Assembly (NCBI RefSeq): GCF_009914755.1
Contig: NC_060933.1
Strand: one strand, 5' to 3'
DNA from: the human T2T-CHM13v2.0 reference genome, Homo sapiens
DNA length: 64,000 nt
Under the pieces are notes generated by a model. It worked only from the letters and a program-made list of their open reading frames with translations. It did no database searches and had not been told where the DNA came from. Both the position numbers and the translations under genes were made by a program. This document shows positions 28,501-44,000 of the stretch, in pieces. Positions within the stretch are counted from its first letter, which is position 1; every line of letters begins with the position of its first letter.

Positions 28501-31500
28501 GGTGATCAGTGAAGGGATATGTACGAATGTCCCATGTAGTCAGTGCCTAGACAAGAGTTGCCTCACGTCAGAGATCAGTGCAGAGATATGTCACAAAGCC
28601 TTCTGTAGGCAAAGCCCATACAAGGCTTACATCACCTAGGTGATCAATACAGTGATATGTCACAAAAGTCTCTGTAAACAGAGGCTAGAAAAGAGTTACA
28701 TCACCTGGTTGTTCAGTGCAGATGTTTGACACAATGCCCCCATAGACAGAACCTAGACAGGACTTCCATCACCTGGGTGATCACTGCAGAGATATGTCAC
28801 AAATCCCCCTGTAGGCAGAGTATAGAGAAGAGTCCCGTCACCTGGGTGATCAGTGCAGCGATATTTCACAAAGCCCCTGTAGGCAGAGTGGTCAAGAGTT
28901 ACATAACCTAGGTGATCTGTGCAGAGTTATGTCAAAACGCCCCTGAAGGCAGAGCCCAGAAAAATGTTACATCACCTGGGATATCAGTGCAGAGATACGT
29001 CACAATAACCCCTGTAGGTAGAGCCTACACAAGAGTTAGATCACCTGGGTGATGAGTGCAGAGATAAGTCACAATAACCCCTGTAGGTGGAGCCTAGACA
29101 AGAGTAACATCACCTGGGTGATCAGTACAGAAATATGTCACAAAGCCCCTGTAGGCCAAGCCTAGACAAGGATTACATCTCCTGGGTGATCAGTGCAGAA
29201 ATATGTCACAAATCCCTGTAGGCCGAGCCAAGACAAGAGTTACACCTCCTGGGTGATCAGTGCAAAGGTATGTCACAAAGCCCCCTGCAGACATATCCCA
29301 GAAAATTGGTACATCACCTGGGCGATCAGTGGAGATATCTGTCACAAACCCCTTTAGGCGCGGCTTAGACAAGCGTTACATCAGATGAGTCATCAGTACA
29401 GACATATGTCACTGTGCCCCCATAGGCTGATCCAAGACAAGAGTCCATCACCTGGCTGATCAGTGCAGAAATATGCCACAAAGCCGCCAGTGGGCAGATA
29501 TAGACAAGTATTACATCACCTGTGTGATCACTTCAGAGATATGTCAAAATGCCCCTGTAGGCAGAGCCTAGACAAGTGTCTCAACACCTGGGAGATCAGT
29601 GCAGAGTTATGTCACAATGCCTCCTTTTGGCAGAGCCTAGACAAAGGTTACATCACCTGGGAGATCAGGGCAGAGATATGTCACAATGCCACCTGTAAGC
29701 AGATCCCAGACACTAGTTGCATAACCTCGGTGATCAGTGCAGAGATATGTCTCAAAACACCCTGTCGGCGAAGCCTATACAAGAGTTACATAATGTCGGT
29801 GATCGGTGCAGTGATATGTTAACATACCCCTGTAGGCAGAGGCTTGCCAAGAGTTACATCACCTGGGTGATCAGTGCAGAGATATCTCACAATAACCCTG
29901 TAAGCAGAGCCAAGACAAGAGTTACATCACCTGCGAGATAAGTGCAGAGATATGTCATAAATCTCACAGAAGGCAAAGCCTAGACAAGTTTTACATCACC
30001 TCAGCGAGCAGTACAGGGATAGTTCCCAATGTCCCTCTAGGCAGAGCTTAGACAAGAGTCACATGTCCTGGGTGATCAGTGCAGAGATAAGTAACAAGGC
30101 CTCCATAGGCAGAGCCTAGACAAGTGTTACATAACCCAGGTGACCCGTGCAGAGTGATGTCACAACGCCCTCTGTAGGCACAGACTAGAAAGTGTTACAT
30201 CACCTGAGTGATCAGTGCAGAGATATGTCACAATGCGCCCTGTAGGCAGAGCATACAGAAGAGTTGCATCACCTGGGTAATCAGTGCAGAGATATGTCAC
30301 CATTTCCCCTGTAGTCAGAGCCTAGAGAAGCGTTGCATCACCTGGGTGATCATTGCAGAGATATGACACAATGTCCACTGTAGGCAAAGCCTAGGCAAGG
30401 GTTACATCACGTTTGTCATCAGTTCAGGGATATGTGAAAACGCTCCTTGAGGCAGGGCCTAGACAACAGCTATATCCCCTAATGATCAGTGCAGAGATAT
30501 TTCACAATACTCCTGTAGGCAGATCCTAGACAAGAGTTGAATCACCTGGGTGATCAGTGCAGAGATATGTCACAAAGCTCCTGTAGGCAGAACTTAGATG
30601 AGTTACATCACTTGGGTGATCAGTGCAAAGCTATGTCACGAAGCCCCCTGTATGCAAAGCCTAGACAATATTTACATCACTTACTTGGGTGACCTGTGGC
30701 GAGATCTCTCACAATCCCCCTGTAGGAAGAGCTTATACAACAGTTACATCACCTGAGTGATCAGTGCAGAGGTATGTCACAATGCCCCCATAGGCAGACC
30801 CAAGACAAGAGTCCGTCACCTGGGTGATCAGAGCAGAGATATGTGAGAATTCCCGTGTAGGCAGAGCCTCGACAAGTGTTACATAACCTAGGTTACCAGT
30901 GCCACTATAAATCATAAAGAATCCTGTAGTCAGAGCATAGACAAGAGTACCCTCCCCAGAGTGATCAGTGCAGAGAGGTGTCACAAAGCCCATGTAGGCA
31001 GAACCTACACAAGAGTTTCATCACTTGGTTGATCAGTTCAGAGAAGTGTCAAAATGTCCATGTAGGCAGATCTAAGACAAAAGTCCATCACCTGGGTGAT
31101 CAGTGAAGGGATATGTACTAATGTCCCTTGAAGTCAGTGCCTAGACAAGAGTTGCCTCACGTCAGAGATCAGTGCAGACATATGTCACAAAGCCTTCTGT
31201 AGGCAAAGCCCATAGAAGGCTTACATCACCTAGGTGATCAATACAGTGATATGTCACAAAAGTCCCTGTAAACAGAGGCTAGAAAAGAGTTACATCACCT
31301 GGTTGTTCAGTGCAGATATTTGACACAATGCCCCCATAGGCAGAACCTAGACAGGACTTCCATCACCTGGGTGATCAGTGCAGAGATATGTCACAAATCC
31401 CCCTGTGGGCAGAGTATAGAGAAGAGTTCCATCACCTGGGTGATCAGTGCAGTGATATTTCACAAAGCCCCTGTAGGCAGAGTGGTCAAGAGTTACATAA

Positions 31501-34500
31501 CCTAGGTGATCTGTGCAGAGCTATGTCAAAACGCCCCTGTAGACAGAGCCCAGATAAATGTTACTTCTCCTGGGAGATCAGTGCAGAGATACGTCACAAT
31601 ACCCACTGTAGGGGGAGCCTAGACAAGAGTTAGATCACCTGGGTGATCAGTGCAGAGATACGTCACAATAACCCCTGTAGGTGGAGCCTAGACAAGAGTT
31701 ACATCACCTGGGTGATCAGTACAGAAATATGTCACAAAGCCCCTGTAGGCCAAGCCTAGACAAGGATTACATCTCCTGGGTGATCAGTGCAGAAATATGT
31801 CACAAAGCCCTGTAGGCCGAGCCAAGACAAGAGTTACATCTCCTGGGTGATCAGTGCAAAGATATGTCACAAAGCCCCCTGCAGACATATCCCAGAAAAT
31901 TGGTACCTCATCTGGGCGATCAGTGGAGATATCTGTCACAATCCCCTTTAGGCGCAGCTTAGACAAGCGTTACATCAGATGAGTGATCAGTGCAGACATA
32001 TGTCTCTGTGCCCCCATAGGCTGATCCAAGACAAGAGTCCATCACCTGGCTGATCAGTGCAGAAATATGCCACAATGCCGCCAGTGGGCAGATATAGACA
32101 AGTATTACATCACCTGTGTGATCACTTCAGAGATATGTCAAAATGCCCCTGTAGGCAGAGCCTAGACAAGAGTCTCATCACCTGGGTGATCAGGGCAGAG
32201 TTATGTCACAATGCCTCCTTTTGGCAGAGCCTAGACAAAGGTTACATCACCTGGGAGATCAGGGCAGAGATATGTCTCAATGCCACCTGTAAGCAGATCC
32301 CAGACACTAGTTGCATAACCTCGGTTATCAGTGCAGAGATATGTTTCCAAACACCCTGTCGGCGAAGCCTATACAAGAGTTACATAATATCGGTGATCGG
32401 TGCAGTGATATGTTAACATGCCCCTGTAGGCAGAGGCTAGGCAAGAGTTACATCACCTGGGTGATCAGTGCAGAGATATCTCACAATAACCCTGTAAGCA
32501 GAGCCAAGACAAGAGTTACATCACCTGCGAGACAAGTGCAGAGATATGTCATAAATCTCACAGAAGGCAAAGTCTAGACAAGTTTTACATCACCTCAGCG
32601 AGCAGTACAGGGATAGTTCCCAATGTCCCTCTAGGCAGAGCTTAGACAAGTGTCACATGTCCTGGGTGATCAGTGCAGAGATAAGTAACAATGCCTCCAT
32701 AGGCAGAGCCTAGACAAGTGTTACATAACCCAGGTGACCCGTGCAGAGTGATGTCACAACGCCCTCTGTAGGCACAGACTAGAAAGTGTTACATCACCTG
32801 GGTGATAAGTGCAGAGATATGTCACAATGCGCCCTGTAGGCAGAGCATACAGAAGAGTTGCATCACCTGGGTAATCAGGGCAGAGATATGTCACCATTTC
32901 CCATGTAGTCAGAGCCTAGAGAAGCGTTGCATCACCTGGGTGATCATTGCAGAGATATGACACAATGTCCCCTGTAGGCAAAGCCTAGGCAACGGTTACA
33001 TCACGTTTGTCATCAGTTCAGGGATATGTGAAAACGCCCCTGGAGTCAGGGCCTAGACAACAGCTATATCCCCTAATGATCAGTGCAGAGATATTTCACA
33101 ATACTCCTGTAGGCAGATCCTAGACAAGAGTTGAATCACCTGGGTGATCAGTGCAGAGATATGTCACAAAGCTCCTGTAGGCAGAACTTAGATGATTTAC
33201 ATCACTTGGGTGATCAGTGCAAAGCTATGTCACAAAGCCCCCTGTATGCAAAGCCTAGACAATATTTACATCACTTACTTGGGTGACCTGTGGCGAGATC
33301 TCTCACAATTCCCCTGTAGGCAGTGCTTATACAACAGTTACATCACCTGAGTGATCAGTGCAGAGGTATGTCACAATGCCCCCATAGGCAGACCCAAGAC
33401 AAGAGTCCGTCACCTGGGTGATCAGAGCAGAGATATGTGAGAATTCCCCTGTAGGCAGAGCCTCGACAAGTGTTACATAACCTAGGTTATCAGTGCCACT
33501 ATAAATCATAAAGAATCCTGTAGTCAGAGCATAGACAAGAGTACCCTCCCCAGAGTGATCAGTGCAGAGAGGTGTCACAAAGCCCATGTAGGCAGAGCCT
33601 AGACAAGAGTTTCATCACTTGGTTGATCAGTTCAGAGAAGTGTCAAAATGTCCATGTAGGCAGATCTAAGACAAGAGTCCATCACCTGGGTGATCAGTGA
33701 AGGGATATGTACTAATGTCCCTTGTAGTCAGTGCCTAGACAAGAGTTGCCTCACGTCAGAGATCAGTGCAGAGATATGTCACAAAGCCTTCTGTAGGCAA
33801 AGCCCATACAAGGCTTACATCACCTAGGTGATCAATACAGTGATATGTCACAAAAGTCCCTGTAAACAGAGGCTAGAAAAGAGTTACATCACCTGGTTGT
33901 TCAGTGCAGATATTTGACACAATGCCCCCATAGACAGAACCTAGACAGGACTTCCATCACCTGGGTGATCAGTGCAGAGATATGTCACAAATCCCCCTGT
34001 GGGCAGAGTATAGAGAAGAGTCCCATCACCTGGGTGATCAGTGCAGTGATATTTCACAAAGCCCCTGTAGGCAGAGTGGTCAAGAGTTACATAACGTAGG
34101 TGATCTGTGCAGAGCTATGTCAAAACGCCCATGTAGGCAGAGCCCAGATAAATGTTACATCTCCTGGGAGATCAGTGCAGAGATACGTCACAATACCCCC
34201 TGTAGGTGGAGCCTAGACAAGAGTTAGATCACCTGGGTGATCAGTGCAGAGATACGTCACAATAACCCCTGTAGGTGGAGCCTAGACAAGAGTTACATCA
34301 CCTGGGTGATCAGTACAGAAATATGTCACAAAGCCCCTGTAGGCCAAGCCTAGACAAGGATTACATCTCCTGGGTGATCAGTGCAGAAATATATCACAAA
34401 GCCCTGTAGGCCGAGCCAAGACAAGAGTTACATCTCCTGGGTGATCAGTGCAAAGATATGTCACAAAGCCCCCTGCAGACATATCCCAGAAAATTGGTAC

Positions 34501-37500
34501 CTCACCTGGGCGATTAGTAGAGATATCTGTCACAATCCCCTTTAGGCGCAGCTTAGACAAGCGTTACATCAGATGGGTGATCAGTGCAGACATATGACAC
34601 TGTGCCCCCATAGGCTGATCCAAGACAAGAGTCCATCACCTGGCTGATCAGTGCAGAAATATGCCACAATGCCGCCAGTGGGCAGATATAGACAAGTATT
34701 ACATCACCTGTGTGATCACTTCAGAGATATGTCAAAATGCCCCTGTAGGCCGAGCCTAGACAAGTGTCTCATCACCTGGGTGATCAGTGCAGAGTTATGT
34801 CACAATGCCTCCTTTTGGCAGAGCCTAGACAAAGGTTACATCACCTGGGAGATCAGGGCAGAGATATGTCACAATGCCACCTGTAAGCAGATCCCAGACA
34901 CTAGTTGCATAACCTCGGTGATCAGTGCAGAGATATGTCTCCAAACAGCCAGTCGGCGAAGTCTATACAAGAGTTACATAACATCGGTGATCGCTGTAGT
35001 GATATGTTAACATGCCCCTGTAGGCAGAGGCTAGGCAAGAGTTACATCACCTGGGTGATCAGAGCAGAGATATTTCACAATAAACCTTTAAGCAGAGCCA
35101 AGACAATAGTTACATCACCTGCCATATAAGTGCAGAGATATGTCATAAATCTCACAGAAGGCAAAGCCTAGGCAAGTTTTACATCACCTCAGCGAGCAGT
35201 ACAGGGATAGTTCCCAATGTCCCTCTAGGCAGAGCTTAGACAAGAGTCACATGTACTGGTTGATCAGTGCAGAGATAAGTAACAATGCCTCCATAAGCAG
35301 AGCCTAGACAAGTGTTACATAACCCAGGTGACCCTTGCAGAGTGATGTCACAACGCCCTCTGTAGGCACAGACTAGAAAGTGTTAAATCACCTGGGTGAT
35401 CAGTGCAGAGATATGTCACAATGCGCCCTGTAGGCAGAGCATAGAGAAGAGTTGCATCACCTGGGTAATCAGTGCAGAGATATGTCAGCATTTTCCCTGT
35501 AGTCAGAGCCTAGAGAAGCGTTGCATCACCTGGGTGATCATTGCAGAGATATGTCACAATGTCCCCTGTAGGCAAAGCCTAGGGAAGGGTTACATCACTT
35601 TTGTCATCAGTTCAGGGATATGTGAAAACGCCCCTGGAGGCAGGCCTAGACAACAGCTATATCCCCTAATGATCAGTGCAGAGATATTCCACAATACTCC
35701 TGTAGGCAGGTCCTAGACAAGAGTTGAATCACCTGGGTGATCAGTGCAGAGATATGTCACAAAGCTCCTGTAGGCAGAACTTAGATGAGTTACATCACTT
35801 GGGTGATCAGTGCAAAGGTATGTCACAAAGCCCCCTGTATGCAAAGCCTAGACAATATTTACATCACTTACTTGGGTGACCTGTGGCGAGATCTCTCACA
35901 ATTCCCCTGTAGGCAGAGCTTATACAACAGTTACATCACCTGAGTGATCAGTGCAGAGGTATGTCACAATGCCCCCATAGGCAGACCCAAGACAAGAGTC
36001 CGTCACCTGGGTGATCAGAGCAGAGATATGTGAGAATTCCCGTGTAGGCAGAGGCTCGACAAGTGTTACATAACCTAGGTTGTCAGTGCCACTATAAATC
36101 ATAAAGAATCCTGTAGGCAGAGCATAGACAAGAGTACCCTCCCCAGAGTGATCAGTGCAGAGAGGTGTCACAAAGCCCATGTAGGGAGAGCCTAGACAAG
36201 AGTTTCATCACTTGGTTTATCAGTTCAGTGAAGTGTCAAAATGTCCATGTAGGCAGATCTAAGACAAGAGTCCATCACCTGGGTGATCAGTTAAGGGATA
36301 TGTACTAATGTCCTATGTAGTCAGTGCCTAGACAAGAGTTGCCTCACGTCAGAGATCAGTGCAGAGATATGTCACAAAGCCTTCTGTAGGCAAAGCCCAT
36401 ACAAGGCTTACATCACCTAGGTGATCAATACCGTGATATGTCACAATAGTCCCTGTAACCAGAGGCTAGAAAAGAGTTACATCACCTGGTTGTTCAGTGC
36501 AGATGTTTGACACAATGCCCCCATAGAAAGAACCTAGACAGGACTTCCATCACCTGGGTGATCAGTGCAGAGATATGTCACAAATCCCTCTGTAGGCAGA
36601 GTATAGAGAAGAGTCCCGTCACCTGGGTGATCAGTGCAGTGATATTTCACAAAGCCCCTGTAGGCAGAGTGGTCAAGAGTTACATAACCTAGGTGATCTG
36701 TGCAGAGCTATGTCAAAACGCCCCTGTAGGCAGAGCCCAGATAAATGTTACACCACCTGGGAGATCAGTGCAGAGATACGTCACAATACCCCCTGTAGGT
36801 GGAGCCTAGACAAGAGTTAGATCACCTGGGTGATCAGTGCAGAGATACGTCACAATAACCCCTGTAGGTGGAGCCTAGACAAGAGTTACATCACCTGGGT
36901 GATCAGTACAGAAATATGTCACAAAGCCCCTGTAGGCCAAGCCTAGACAAGGATTACATCTCCTGGGCGATCAGTGCAGAAATATGTCACAAAGCCCTGT
37001 AGGCCGAGCCAAGACAAGAGTTACATCTCCTGGGTGATCAGTGCAAAGATATGTCACAAAGCCCCCTGCAGACATATCCCAGAAAATTGGTACATCACCT
37101 GGGCGATCAGTGGAGATATCTGTCACAATGCCTTTAGGCGCAGTTTAGACAAGCGTTACATCAGATGAGTGATCAGTGCAGACATATGTCACTGTGCCCC
37201 CATAGGCTGATCCAAGACAAGAGTCCATCACCTGGCTGATCAGTGCAGAAATATGCCACAATGCCGCCAGTGGTTAGATATAGACAAGTATTACATCACC
37301 TCTGTGATCACTTCAGAGATATGTCAAAATGCCCCTGTAGGCAGAGCCTAGACAAGAGTCTCATCACCTGGGTGATCAGTGCAGAGTTATGTCACAATGC
37401 CTCCTTTTGGCAGAGCCTAGACAAAGGTTACATCACCTGGGAGATCAGGGCAGAGATATGTCGCAATGCCACCTGTAAGCAGATCCCAGGCACTAGTTGC

Positions 37501-38537
37501 ATAACCTCGGTGATCAGTGCAGAGATATGTCTCCAAACACCCTGTCGGCGAAGCCTATACAAGACTTACATAATATAGGTGATCGGTGCAGTGATATGTT
37601 AACATGCCCCTGTAGGCAGAGGCTAGACAAGAGTTACATCACCTGGGTGATCAGTGCAGAGATATCTCACAATAACCCTGTAAGCAGAGCCAAGACAAGA
37701 GTTACATCACCTGCGATATAAGTGCAGAGATATGTCATAAATCTCACAGAAGGCAAAGCCTAGACAAGTTTTACATCACCTCAGCGAGCAGTACAGGGAT
37801 AGTTCCCAATGTCCCTCTAGGCAGAGCTTAGACAAGAGTCACATGTCCTGGTTGATCAGTGCAGAGATAAGTAACAATGCCTCCATAAGCAGAGCCTAGA
37901 CAAGTGTTACATAACCCAGGTGACCTTGCAGAGTGATGTCACAAAGCCCTCTGTAGGCCCAGACTAGAAAGTGTTACATCACCTGGGTGATCAGTGCAGA
38001 GATATGTCACAATGCGCCCTGTAGGCAGAGCATAGAGAAGAGTTGCATCACCTGGGTAATCAGTGCAGAGATATGTCACCATTTCCCCTGTAGTCAGAGC
38101 CTAGAGAAGCGTTGCATCACCTGGGTAATCATTGCAGAGATATGTCACAATGTCCCCTGTAGGCAAAGCCTAGGCAAGGGTTACATCACGTTTGTCATCA
38201 GTTCAGGGATATGTGAAAACGCCCCTGGAGGCAAGGCCTAGACAACAGCTATATCCCCTAATGATCAGTGCAGAGATATTTCACAATACTCCTGTAGGCA
38301 GGTCCTAGACAAGAGTTGAATCACCTGGGTGATCAGTGCAGAGATATGTCACAAAGCTCCTGTAGGCAGAACTTAGATGAGTTACATCACTTGGGTGATC
38401 AGTGCAAAGCTATGTCACAAAGCCCCCTGTATGCAAAGCCTAGACAATATTTACATCACTTACTTGGGTGACCTGTGGCGAGATCTCTCACAATTCCCCT
38501 GTAGGAAGAGCTTATACAACAGTTACATCACCTGAGT

Positions 38538-41062
38538 GATCAGTGCAGAGGTATGTCACAATGCCCCCATAGGCAGACCCAAGACAAGAGTCCGTCACCT
38601 GGGTGATCAGAGCAGAGATATGTGAGAATTCCCGTGTAGGCAGAGCCTCGACATATGTTACATAACCTAGGTTATCAGTGCCACTATAAATCATAAAGAA
38701 TCCTGTAGGCAGAGCATAGACAAGAGTACCCTCCCCAGAGTGATCAGTGCAGAGAGGTGTCACAAAGCCCATGTAGGCAGAGCCTAGACAAGAGATTCAT
38801 CACTTGGTTGATCAGTTCAGAGATGTGTCAAAATGTCCATGTAGGCAGATCTAAGACAAGAGTCCATCACCTGGGTGATCAGTGAAGGGATATGTACTAA
38901 TGTCCCATGTAGTCAGTGCCTAGACAAGAGTTGCCTCACGTCAGAGATCAGTGCAGAGATATGTCACAAAGCCTTCTGTAGGCAAAGCCCATACAAGGCT
39001 TACATCACCTAGGTGATCAATACAGTGATATGTCACAAAAGTCCCTGTAAACCGAGGCTAGAAAAGAGTTACATCACCTGGTTGTTCAGTGCAGATGTTT
39101 GAAACAATGCCCCCATAGACAGAACCTAGAGAGGACTTCCATCACCTGGGTGATCAGTGCAGAGATATGTCACAAATCCCCCTGTAGACAGAGTATAGAG
39201 AAGAGTCCCGTCACCTGGGTGATCAGTGCAGTGATATTTCACAAAGCCCCTGTAGGCAGAGTGGTCAAGAATTACATAACCTAGGTGATCTGTGGGGAGC
39301 TATGTCAAAACGCCCCTGCAGGCAGAGCCCAGATAAATGTTACACCACCTGGGAGATCAGTGTAGAGGTACGTCACAATACCCCCTGTAGGTGGAGCCTA
39401 GACAAGAGTTAGATCACCTGGGTGATCAGTACAGAAATGTGTCACAAAGCCCCTGTAGGCCAAGCCTAGACAAGGATTACATCACCTGGGTGATCAGTGC
39501 AGAAATATGTCACAAAGCCCTGTAGGCCGAGCCAAGACAAGAGTTACATCTCCTGGGTGATCAGTGCAAAGATATGTCACAAAGCCCCCTGCAGACATAT
39601 CCCAGAAAATTGGTACATCACCTGGGCGATCAGTGGAGATATCTGTCACAATCCCCTTTAGGCGCAGCTTAGACAAGCGTTACATCAGATGAGTGATCAG
39701 TGCAGACATATGTCACTGTGCCCCCATAGGCTGATCCAAGACAAGAGTCCATCACCTGGCTGATCAGTGCAGAAATATGCCACAATGCCGCCAGTGGGCA
39801 GATAGAGACAAGTATTACATCACCTGTGTGATCACTTCAGACATATGTCAAAATGCCCCTGTAGGCAGAGCCTAGACAAGAGTCTCATCACCTGGGTGAT
39901 CAGTGCAGAGTTATGTCACAATGCCTCCTTTTGGCAGAGCCTATACAAAGGTTACATCACCTGGGAGATCAGGGCAGAGATATGTCACAATGCGACCTGT
40001 AAGCAGATCCCAGACACTAGTTGCATAACCTCGGTGATCAGTGCAGAGATATGTCTCCAAACACCCTGTCGGCGAAGCCTATACGAGAGTTACATAATAT
40101 CGGTGATCGGTGCAGTGATATGTTAACATGCCCCTGTAGACAGAGGCTAGACAAGAGTTACATCACCTGGGTGATCAGTGCAGAGATATCTCACAATAAC
40201 CCTGTAAGCAGAGCCAAGACAAGAGTTACATCACCTGCGAGATAAGTGCAGAGATATGTCATAAATCTCACAGAAGGCAAAGACTAGACAAGTTTTACAT
40301 CACCTCAGCGAGCAGTACAGGGATAGTTCCCAATGTCCCTCTAGGCAGAGCTTAGACAAGAGTCACATGTCCTGGGTGATCAGTGCAGAGATAAGTAACA
40401 ATGCCTCCATAGGCAGAGCCTAGACAAGTGTTACATAACCCAGGTGACCCGTGCAGAGTGATGTCACAACGCCCTCTGTAGGCACAGACTAGAAAGTGTT
40501 ACATCAACTGGGTGATCAGTGCAGAGATATGTCACAATGCGCCCTGTAGGCAGAGCATAGAGAAGAGTTGCATCACCTGGGTAATCAGTGCAGAGATATG
40601 TCACCATTTCCCCTGTAGTCAGAGCATAGAGAAGCGTTGCATCACCTGGGTGATCACTGCAGAGATATGTCACAATGTCCCCTGTAGGCAAAGCCTAGGC
40701 AAGGGTTACATCACGTTTGTCATCAGTTCAGGGATATGTGAAAACGCCCCTGGAGGCAGGGCCTAGACAACAGTTATATCCCCTAATGATCAGTGCAGAG
40801 ATATTTCACAATACTCCTGTAGGCAGAACCTAGACAAGAGTTGAATCACCTGGGTGATCAGTGCAGAGATATGTCACAAAGCTCCTGTAGGCAGATCTTA
40901 GATGAGATACATCACTTGGGTGATCAGTGCAAAGCTATGTCACAAAGCCCCCTGTATGCAAAGCCTAGACAATATTTACATCACTTACTTGGGTGACCTG
41001 TGGCGAGATCTCTCACAATTCCCCTGTAGGCAGAGCTTATACAACAGTTACATCACCTGAGT
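38538..41062 (+). repeat. Variant HOR, 37 monomers (2525 bp); m14 lost at about 39420
   Basis: m13 (ATACCCCC...GTTAGATCACC) is followed directly by m15 (GATCAGTACAGAAA). 2594-69 = 2525. Confidence 0.9.
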
Positions 41063-44000
41063 GATCAGTGCAGAGGTATGTCACAATGCCCCCATAGGCA
41101 GACCCAAGACAAGAGTCCGTCACCTGGGTGATCAGAGCAGAGATATGTGAGAATTCCCGTGTAGGCAGAGGCTCGACAAGTGTTACATAACCTAGGTTAT
41201 CAGTGCCACTATAAATCATAAAGAATCCTGTAGGCAGAGCATAGACAAGAGTACCCTCCCCAGAGTGATCAGTGCAGAGAGGTGTCACAAAGCCCATGTA
41301 GGCAGAGCCTAGACAAGAGTTTCATCACTTGGTTGATCAGATCAGAGATGTGTCAAAATGTCCATGTAGGCAGATCTAAGACAAGAGTCCATCACCTGGG
41401 TGATCAGTGAAGGGATATGTACTAATGTCCCATGTAGTCAGTGCCTAGACAAGATTTGCCTCACGTCAGAGATCAGTGCAGAGATATGTCACAAAGCCTT
41501 CTGTAGGCAAAGCCCATACAAGGCTTACATCACCTAGGTGATCAATACAGTGATATGTCACAAAAGTACCTGTAAACAGAGGCTAGAAAAGAGTTACATC
41601 ACCTGGTTGTTCAGTGCAGATGTTTGACACAATGCCCCCATAGACAGAACATAGACAGGACTTCCATCACCTGGGTGATCAGTGCAGAGATATGTCACAA
41701 ATCCCCCTGTAGGCAGAGTATAGAGAAGAGTCCCGTCACCTGGGTGATCAGTGCAGTGATATTTCACAAAGCCCCTGTAGGCAGAGTGGTCAAGAGTTAC
41801 ATAACCTAGGTGATCTGTGCGGAGCTATGTCAAAACGCCCCTGCAGGCAGAGCCCAGATAAATGTTACACCACCTGGGAGATCAGTGTAGAGGTACGTCA
41901 CAATACCCCCTGTAGGTGGAGCCTAGACAAGAGTTAGATCACCTGGGTGATCAGTGCAGAGATACGTCACAATAACCCCTGTAGGTGGAGCCTAGACAAG
42001 AGTTACATCACCTGGGTGATCAGTACAGGAATGTGTCACAAAGCCCCTGTAGGCCAAGCCTAGACAAGGATTTCATCACCTGGGTGATCAGTGCAGAAAT
42101 ATGTCACAAAGCCCTGTAGGCCGAGCCAAGACAAGAGTTACATCTCCTGGGTGATCAGTGCAAAGATATGTCACAAAGCCCCCTGCAGACATATCCCAGA
42201 AAATTGGTACATCACCTGGGCGATCAGTGGAGATATCTGTCACAATCCCCTTTAGGCGCAGCTTAGACAAGCGTTACTTCAGATGAGTGATCAGTGCAGA
42301 CATATGTCACTGTGCCCCCATAGGCTGATCCAAGACAAGAGTCCATCACCTGGCTGATCAGTGCAGAAATATGCCACAATGCCGCCAGTGGGCAGATAGA
42401 GACAAGTATTACATCACCTGTGTGATCACTTCAGAGATATGTCAAAATGCCCCTGTAGGCAGAGCCTAGACAAGAGTCTCATCACCTGGGTGATCAGTGC
42501 AGAGTTATGTCACAATGCCTCCTTTTGGCAGAGCCTAGACAAAGGTTACATCACCTGGGAGATCAGGGCAGAGATATGTCACAATGCCACCTGTAAGCAG
42601 ATCCCAGACACTAGTTGCATAACCTCGGTGATCAGTGCAGAGATATGTCTCCAAACACCCTGTCGGCGAAGCCTATACGAGAGTTACATAATATCGGTGA
42701 TCGGTGCAGTGATATGTTAACATGCCCCTGTAGGCAGAGGCTAGACAAGAGTTACATCACCTGGGTGATCAGTGCAGAGATATCTCACAATAACCCTGTA
42801 AGCAGAGCCAAGACAAGAGTTACATCACCTGCGAGATAAGTGCAGAGATATGTCATAAATCTCACAGAAGGCAAAGCCTAGACAAGTTTTACATCACCTC
42901 AGCAAGCAGTACAGGGATAGTTCCCAATGTCCCTCTAGGCAGAGCTTAGACAAGAGTCACATGTCCTGGGTGATCAGTGCAGAGATAAGTAACAATGCCT
43001 CCATAGGCAGAGCCTAGACAAGTGTTACATAACCCAGGTGACCCGTGCAGAGTGATGTCACAACGCCCTCTGTAGGCACAGACTAGAAAGTGTTACATCA
43101 CCTGGGTGATCAGTGCAGAGATATGTCACAATGCGCCCTGTAGGCAGAGCATAGAGAAGAGTTGCATCACCTGGGTAATCAGTGCAGAGATATGTCACCA
43201 TTTCCCCTGTAGTCAGAGCATAGGGAAGCGTTGCATCACCTGGGTGATCATTGCAGAGATATGTCACAATGTCCCCTGTAGGCAAAGCCTAGGCAAGGTT
43301 TACATCACGTTTGTCATCAGTTCAGGGATACGTGAAAACGCCCCTGGAGGCAGGGCCTAGATAACAGTTATATCCCCTAATGATCAGTGCAGAGATATTT
43401 CACAATACTCCTGTAGGCAGATCCTAGACAAGAGTTGAATCACCTGGGTGATCAGTGCAGAGATATGTCACAAAGCTCCTGTAGGCAGAACTTAGATGAG
43501 TTACATCACTTGGGTGATCAGTGCAAAGCTATGTCACAAAGCCCCCTGTATGCAAAGCCTAGACAATATTTACATCACTTACTTGTGTGACCTGTGGCGA
43601 GATCTCTCACAATTCCCCTGTAGGCAGAGCTTACACAACAGTTACATCACCTGAGTGATCAGTGCAGAAGTATGTCACAATGTCCCCATAGGCAGACCCA
43701 AGACAAGAGTCCGTCACCTGGGTGATCAGAGCAGAGATATGTGAGAATTCCCGTGTAGGCAGACCCTCGACAAGTGTTACATAACCTAGGTTATCAGTGC
43801 CACTATAAATCATAAAGAATCCTGTAGGCAGAGCATAGACAAGAGTACCCTCCCCAGAGTGATCAGTGCAGAGAGGTGTCACAAAGCCCATGTAGGCAGA
43901 GCCTAGACAAGAGTTTCATCACTTGGTTGATCAGTTCAGAGATGTGTCAAAATGTCCATGTAGGCAGATCTAAGACAAGAGTCCATCACCTGGGTGATCA

